From Catajapyx aquilonaris (lineage: Eukaryota): a DNA stretch of 47,434 nt. Shown here one piece after another: positions 34,701 through 43,700 of this stretch. Both the position numbers and the translations under genes were made by a program. Location: assembly GCA_000934665.2 (NCBI GenBank), contig KZ538787.1, positions 1-47,434 on the forward strand. Direction: 5' to 3'. The stretch's first letter is position 1, and each line of letters starts with the position of its first letter. Under the pieces are notes generated by a model. It was not told the DNA's origin and ran no database searches. It worked only from the letters and a program-made list of their open reading frames with translations.

Positions 34701-37700
34701 CAAGGAGCACAGCTGGTTATTATTTGCGTTTAGAGCTTGATGTCGGGCACCTCAAGCCACAACTGTTGAAGAGAATGATCTAATGTGTCAGGAAGTTTAA
34801 GCAGGTGCAGGCTGACTCCTTCTGGGCAGGGCCTTCCGGTGCTTGGGCTAAGCCAGGCTAACTGGCGGGTAGCCGAAACTTGTAGATGACAAACTGGCAC
34901 TAGTCGGGACGGCTATAGACATGGTGGACACGTTCGACGTTGTCCTGAACTTAACCAATTATACGCAGACGCTGTGGGAGGCAGACTCGACGGCATTGAG
35001 TTGCTCGCAAAGATATGACCACTACTGTCAAACTCTCCAATTGTACGCAAACATCTTATGGCCCACGTACAATCTGCCACTTTCGCTCCAGAGATTTATC
35101 ATCAACCTCAGACATGGTTCTAGTGTAGTGCTTCTTGGTAAGCACTCGTTCAATATACCAGACGACGCGAACTGCAAATTTTGTAACCTTCAGACCCCCT
35201 TCTCCCTATACCATCTCCTGCGTCAGTGCCCTCTTTTTACTGCCGATGCATCAGTACAAGCCTTACCGTGCTTGACGCGTTACCCTACAGACAGTGTCTT
35301 GAGTTGGGCTGATTTATCTGTGACAGATGTCTTTAAGTTGTATCGAGTTCTTAAGGCCATTTCACAAAAAAAATGTCGCGCGGCAAACGGCGCGACTTGC
35401 GGCAAATGTCTCAGGGGGTACCAAAGAAAGAAATAAAATAAAATAAATAAAATAATTGGTCCAGCCCCACCTCCAGAAATTTGAGCTCGAAAATCGGCAA
35501 AATGCGGTGATTCATATTTTCGGGATTTTTAAATTTCCAACCCTGCGTGACCTATCACAATGAAGTTTTGTATGTGCACTTAGGCAAAGGGCAAAGGCTC
35601 TATATCCTATATATCGCACTGTTAAAATCATTATGTTATGAGTTGCGGCTATCGGGAATGTGATTTACACATATATTTGTGAAGTTTTCGTAACCATGTT
35701 ACTATTTGTTTATTTTTTTTATATTTTTAGATATACCCCGTGCTAGAGCCATGGGCTCTCTTAGGGGAGTGGAATACCACTATGTGCAGGGACAGGGTGG
35801 GGATAGGAGGGGGGGACACTGGTGCATGTGCAATGTCATCAAGTTGGGGGTCGTGTGCAGTCCCTCAGGGGGCCCGTTCGCCAAGATGACCCCCTAGATG
35901 CGAGTTAGAAACCCCCGACTAACCCGCACCTCCTCCAGGACAGGGAAAGGAAGGAAGCCGCTGTGGCCTATTTTACGGTACGATCCCGGAAATTATTCCT
36001 GGGGCAACCTTGGAAAACCACAGAAAACCAAGGTCAGGACTGCCGGCCTCCGGGACTCGAACCCAGGACCTCCCGATTAGCAGTCGGATACCAAATCCCC
36101 TCCGCCACTACTGCTTCGGTAAACCATGTTACTCCTCTCTGCATTACCTTCCATTTGATAGACAGGGTGTTTCTAACTAGTCCAGCCAACGGCCGTCAGC
36201 ATATTCCTTGGGCCACAACAAATCAAAAATGTAGGGGGGAGATAAGTCGAGGAAGGAACCGTTAACGAGGTGGACGACCAGAAACATTGGCCGGTGGTTG
36301 CCGAAGTTGCAGGATATGAGCAGTAATAATCACTTCTGTGATTGAGGTGACCTTGAAAAGCCCAACAGTCGCGATTTTCAAGCTCACATCCTGCTCCTTC
36401 GGCAACAATTGGCCAATGTTCCTGGTAAAGGTAATTTTAACAGCTGCTCCCTCGACATTTCTTCCCCCAACAGTTTTGACTTCTTTTGGCTCAAGGAATA
36501 CGCTGACGGCCGTTGGCTGGACAAGTAGCAAACACTCTGTATAACATGGTGTTGGGAAAAGTCTGAACAATAAAAAATACTTCATATGGGCGTCATTGTT
36601 AAACTGTCCATTGTCATGATCTCCGTGAGATTTGACTCCAGCGGCCTCAAATTTAGGATTTCGCAAGGTGTGGATCCCTACCTACCTCATTTTTCCAGTT
36701 ACATCAGAAGGGGTTGAGCCACCACCATTTACAGGATTGACATGGAATGACCCATATACGTACAGTAAAGTCTCAATAAGATGAACCTACATATACAGGA
36801 TGGGTGGAAAGTAATTCCCTATTAGAAACACGTAATAACAAGTATGCTCAATTGTCATGAAATCAGTCTTGTTGTGTAAATCTGAATGGTAGAATGTGTC
36901 CGCAGACTTAAAATAGCACATAGGAACCAGAGTTTTCCATCAACTTCAGTAGGTGATTCGAAATGCCTGCAACAAACATAATTTATGCATGTAATCCTGC
37001 AGTCATGCGGTACTTTGCCCAGAACATCTCAAATGTGCTCCTGAAGTTGACCCCCTGAAGTTGTGGTTTGGTGCGGTACACCTCCTCCTTTGCTCAAACT
37101 CACAAGAATAAGTCGTAGTGCACACGGTCAGAACTTCGTGCTGGCAATTCCTTTGAACCATCCAACGACCTGGCAATTGTTTATCCAGCCGCGCATGGAC
37201 TGTCAATGCAAAATGTCGGGGTGGATCATTTTGCATGATATGGGTGAAGCACCGTCTTATAATACTCAGGTCTGGTCTCACCCTCCTATCGCATTCAGGG
37301 GGTTGACGGGGTAGCATTGCTTTTATTGGCCAATGCAGCAATGGACTAGCAATGAACTAGCGCAATGCCTAGTGGGGCTCCTTTGCACTTACTAGAAGAC
37401 ACAGTAGACTTCTACCGTGTCTTCTATTAACGGCATCTTTTCCCATTGGTTCGGGTCATCGCCGCAGCAGTTCAGCACTGCATTGGCCAAAAACCACAAT
37501 ACCACCCCATCAACCCCTTGAACGGGGATTTATATAAAGCTGGGGTCAGGGCGCTGGGCTACACTTGACCTTGCAGCATGGAAAGATATAGCTTTCCATT
37601 CATGTTATTTTGAAGGATGAAAAGGCCAGGAAGGGGAGAGCAACTTTCGCGCATGCTATTTTGACTACTTGCAGGACTGATCTTGCGATCTGAAATCTGA

Positions 37701-40700
37701 TGGACAGCCATTTTGACTTTCCCAGTGCAAGTTACAAAATTAAACTTGTTTCATGAAAATAGAGTAATATTAGACATAGTTATTACATGTTCCTAATTCC
37801 GCCCACCCTATGTATTGGTAAAGAGGGGAAAAACGTGCAATTCTTGTCCCAGCTAATTTCTGGACTTAATATAACAATTGAAAATCAGATCGCATACAAA
37901 GAAATAAGATTGCCACTTGCGGAATACGGGACACATAACAAATATGTAATGAGATTTTTTTTTTTCATATTTTTCTTTAGGTCACAGAGAGTAACTTGTC
38001 ATGTCCGAGGCGTATCCCAACCTTCACTTTTGTAGTTTTGTCCATTTTTATGCAAGGCATAAGATGTTATTTCACTTTTTATATTAGAGTAATGGAGAAA
38101 GAAATACTGAAGGTAAAGGCTAGTGTGTGTTTCAGCTTCAGGGCTTTCCAAACGTATTTATTATGGGCGATGTTACGACCTTTACCCTGTTACAACCGAC
38201 CCCGATCTCCCTTTCTGGAATTATCCTATTATGCACTGCATTCCAATTGGAATGTCCACAGTGAGTTTTGGCACTAAGCTGCTCATTTCTAAGTGTTTGA
38301 ATAGCTGATTTAGAGGTTATCAAAGATATTAGCTGCTAATATTAAGTTATGGGCACCCATGCTTTTTAAAGCATGCAATCAATGGATTTTCTCATTGACA
38401 TTTGGTGTCAATTGTTCCAAGAGGCCATTTCCAATAGGAATTTCATTCCATTCATAGCCCAATTTAATGATTCAATTTACCTAATATGAGGTGCTTGGAA
38501 CAAAAGTCGCCCAAGTCCAAAAAAATAAAGCTCCAAAAATTGGCCTGAAATGTCCCATGGCATACGCTACTTTCCTTGGAGCGTAAATACAGTAGAAGCC
38601 CGATGATCCAACCTTGGATCATCCAACTCTTCAGTTTATCCGGCATTCCCGCTACAGCAATAAATCAATGTTTTCTCATCAAATACTGTAATGCAGGCCT
38701 ACTAAGCATTAGTTTTTGCATTGCCTTACTTAAATTTATTGTAAATACAGTACAGCCAAGTGTGAATGTAAATTATTTCTTAGAAAACGAAATACAGTCG
38801 AATTCCTCTACAACGAAATTGAAGGAAATCAAATTTTCTTTCGTTATATGCGAATTTCGTTATATTAAAATATGCGTTTAAACCTCACCTCTTTCCGATA
38901 TTTAGGTGTTATATTAAGCCCTGGTAGTGAGAAAAATTGTAAAAAAATTCTTCAGCGTTAAATGAGATTATCTCATCAAGTACGGCGCAAATGCGCCAAC
39001 AATAAGCTACAGCAATTCGTCCGATTTGCTAACCCACCGGCATAATATGCCCGCCATAATCTCCCGCACGCATTTTGGCGAGCAAAACTTACGTGCATCT
39101 AGCTGACAGTAGGTGACACCTCAATTTGTGCCTGCTGTAAAGTAGTAGACCCAAGGGGGGAAAGATGAAAAGGAAAGGTCAGACTCTTATCAGCCCTCCC
39201 ACCTCCCAGAGAATCCCTTCCTTTCCATTAGGACCCCAAATTATAAACTTTTGGACCGAATGTGTGAAAAGAGGTTGAATCCTGAACACACATAGCGATT
39301 TATGGCCCGATTTGCCAATTTCCGCTCTGTTTTGGGCCGAGAGGTGGGACCGGAGGAACGAAATATTTTCGTTAAATGCAGATATTTTTAACATGGATTT
39401 ATATGGGGCCTCTGACGGTCACAAAAAAAATTCAATTATAAGCAGATTTTCGTTATGTCCGGATTCGTTATAAAGGGATTCGACTGTATTGTACATTATT
39501 TCATGTTTTGTTCCATTTTGTTCCAGCTTTCTTTGGTCCTCGTATTATCCAACGATGCCCCAGTTCCGTGGGTGACGGATAACCAGGATTCTACTGTATG
39601 ATTATTCCGTCTACTGGCCAAATGTCCAACCTAGGACCTACACCAATTTTTCACCAACTTGTAGTAGTCTCCTGAGAGTGATGGCGGTCGTTTCTCGGAA
39701 GTGGCAAAAATGGACCAGGGCCACATTTGTTCTAAGCACCTCATATCAGCAAATAATGCTTTCAATAACCACAAGAGGGAAGAATTCAATTGGAATTGCC
39801 AAATATATGCAACTTAATGCAAAAAAACCCGTGGGCAATTCAATTGGAACACACTCATTATATGTATTATCCTGATCTATACTTCATTCAGAAACTTTTC
39901 ACTGACCCTCATGCAATGAAATACAAAAAATTTCCTTACACTATAGGCCCTCCAGTGAGAGTAATCCTCAAGAATGTCCAGCATCCTAGTCATTTGACTG
40001 AACAGAAGTACACGGGATCCTTGGCTCCTCAACTTGGGAAGTAACTTGTCTAGAATCACCATCTTACCACAGTTGTACACCTAAGGGATAAAGGGAGAGA
40101 GGAGTACCATAAAAGGTGCTGCCTGTCCTATTTTCATCATCATTTAACTTCCACAACTACAGTAGCCACACAATAACTTTGGCAAACTTCAATCCAGCCC
40201 TATGACACTCCTAGAATACGGTAGTGTATAACTGTGTCACATAGTTCGCTAAGACGCCATCTTGTTCAAGGTGCAACTCCTGTGGTAGGTAGCGGGTAGT
40301 CTGCCGCGATTGGCTGGATCTTTCTTTCCTTTATAGTGCACCTCGAAAAAGATGGCGGATAGCGAACAATGTAGCGCCGCCAGCACCAAATTCCCATCCT
40401 CGCGATCACAGAGTAATTAAACTACCGTATCCATACAACTAGGGGGGAAGTGACATGGAGCTGCTTCAATCATATTGATATGGTGCCCAACAGATTTTTA
40501 ACCCTTCCGTTACTGCCATAAAGAATTTCACGGGGGTGTGGTTTAATGATATTTACAACCTGGCCTTGTCATCGGCCACATGTCGATGAGCAAGCCGTCT
40601 CTTTTCCCTCGTGGCCAGCTTCACCGAATCCAACCTTTGACCCAGTGCTAACTGTTGACAAGTAGCCGTAGGGCGACATCTATTGCATTTTTTCATGACT

Positions 40701-43700
40701 GCCTCCAATGAATCATATGTAACGTGCCAAATTCAAACTCCAGAAATGTTACATCAATAGTCGTTCACTACCGGCCCAATGAGTGTCAAGAAATTCCTGA
40801 CCATTCACTACAATTTAGGAAGTAAAGAGCGAACTTTAGAAATTACATAAAATTAATTGCTGGAATCTATATCAAAGATGGCTGCCATGTCATCGAGCTT
40901 TTGCTAATTATGTACTTTGTTATGCCTTGTTTTTCACCATAGTGCAACTAAATGATGCCAATACTTATTAGCTTCAACTCCAAGATGTTTTCATGGGTAA
41001 TTTTAGCGTATTGGAAGAAAATATATGGCAACACTGCATGGAATCGGACACGAGTGCAGGCAAGCTTAACCCGAACCTCAGCCTGTTTTTTTAACCGTCT
41101 TACTGTCAAACTTGTGCAATGTATAGCAGACGGCCTGAGTCATGCACACAAATAGTTTTTTTTTCATTCCATTTATAAGCATTATTGTACTAGGAGAGTT
41201 AAGATTATGGCACGAAATTCAAGTTATTTGTGCACTTTTTCGCATCAATATTTATATCTAAATAATTGACCTAAAAACATCAAATATTTGTCAGATGATG
41301 CTCATATTATACAGATTTCGATGACATCTCATGCATTAACATCAAAACCTTGACCCTCGAGATACGGCGATTTTTTGGGTATCCCGACTTTCAGGATTAG
41401 CGGTAACGGAAGGGTTGAAACATACACTTTCCTGGTCTCTCCAATGCTACAAACCTGTGTCGGCTAGGAGTAGAGATTATAATTGGTCCTAAAAAAATAA
41501 TTTACAATGTGCAAGTCACCTCAGCCTGAGTTCACACTGGCACTCATTACTTACTAGATGTTCATCTGTGGTGTAAGGAGGTCCTGGTTCAGCTCCATCA
41601 AACAGATAAGGATGATTACAACACTTCCTAAGCTGCATGAGAATGTTCTGTAGTCTCATCTTTTCAATCTTTCCTGCACCATTTACAACATCAATGTCCT
41701 TCATGAGGATCTTGGTGTACCACTCCCTCTGCATCTTGCTAAGTCCAACATACACCTTCACTTCCTTCTTTGGGGGGAGTTGCTTCTCAACATCTGACTT
41801 CAACCGACGGAGCAGAAATGGCCGAAGAACCTGAGGGGAAGAGAAACAATGGAATAATAGTAAATCATCGAAGTTCCACTTTAAATAACTTACAGCATGT
41901 AGTCTCTCCACCAGAGCATTGTCTCCCAGGCAGGTGTTTGTGTTGAACCAGGCATCAAAATCCTACAGTAATAATCAATCCCAGTGAAAAGAGGTCCAGT
42001 TTAGGGAAGTAGTGAAATACTCACATCTGAGGAATTGAACACATCAGGCAACAGGAAATTAAGAAGTGCCCATAGCTCATGCAGATTATTCTGGAGTGGG
42101 GTTCCTGTTAGAAGCAAACGGTTGGTAGTCTTGAATTCACGCACAATCTCCGACAGCTTGGACTTCTCGTTCTTGATGCGATGGGCTTCGTCTATGACCA
42201 TGTACCGCCAGTTGAATTTCTTGAACACCGCCTTCTCTCGAATCACCATCTCATATGATGTGACACACACATCCCATTCACCAGGCATGAGGGTCTCACG
42301 TATAAAAGTATGCTGCAAACACAGTTGAAAATCAAATTTTGGAAATTGGTGTAAATGACAATAAATTGTCAAAGGATCATGTCAGCTCATAACACAAGAA
42401 TTTTTTGGTGAGCCTGATCCTTTATTATTCAGTGAAAAAGTGAACCTTAGTCCTTGCCTAATTAGATCCCCAACTGAGAAACGGGGATTTGAAAATCATT
42501 ACTTTGCATGTTATTCAAACTTTAAATAGCCAGAGGCCCGCCTGGGGAACTTTCCTTTCACCTGCGTCAGGAGGGTCTCTGACCTGCACCAAGGAGGTGT
42601 CTGGCAACCTAACCTCCTGGGGAACAGCACATGACCCCTTTTCAGACAATGCGCTTGCACCAATGTTCCCTCCCCAAAAATCCCTATCCCTACCATACAT
42701 CCTTGACTCCTTGCACCGGTGAATGAAGATAATAGGAAAAATGGAGTGAAATGGTGGTATTCCACCCCCCTAAAAAGGCTCAGCCTTATCACGGGGTAAG
42801 CCCCCAAAGAATCAACTATATTTTTCTTTCCACTCTACCTAGAAACGTGATGTTTGGTTTAAAACTTACCTTAGTTCATGGAAATGTAGAACTATTCAAA
42901 ATAATAGCTGATCACAATAAGCCCCCGACCTCCTCCAGCAGCTTCAGAACGTCTTGAACCTCGACCCCATCCGCCATATGCAATCGACCTCAACCCCAAG
43001 TTCAGAACAACCCTGGTCCAAGAGCAAGGTCAACCCCCCGCCCGACTCAACCCCGGAACGCGGGGTTTCAAGGCCATTATGCATACGAACACGGTGTCAA
43101 CCCTGACCCCATGTTGAGAATTCCATTACGAATACGGGCCTAAGTTTCACCTTTCATCCAATATTATTAGGTACAACTTAACTTAAAGTTACTGTGATAT
43201 GATCCAAATCCCATCCTGCAACATATTCTTTCCAGGAATAACAGGATGATACATTAATGACACTACAAAAAAGACAACATAGTGGTACAAGCTGTAGTGC
43301 AATAAAATCTGTCCTTCCTGTCAATAGCAGTTCCCCTTTTGATCTGACCACGAAAAATTTAAAATCATCAAGAAAAACAGACATCTGCTCCTTACCCTAG
43401 CCTCCTGATCTCCAATGAGGCACACAGCCCTGAGGGAGGGACACCATTTCTTGAATTCATTCATCCAATTAGCCAAAGTGGACTTCGGAACAATAACAAT
43501 ATGTGGACCATGGATGCTGCGGTAATGCTTCATATATCCAAGTAGGGAGATGGTTTGGAGGGTCTTTCCTAGACCCATTTCATCCGCCAAAATCCCGTTG
43601 ATCCCATTCTCATAGAGGGATATCATCCAGTTAAGACCACGGACCTGGTAGTCACGCAGTTCACCACCTTTGAAGGTGACCGAAATTTTAGAAAATCAAT

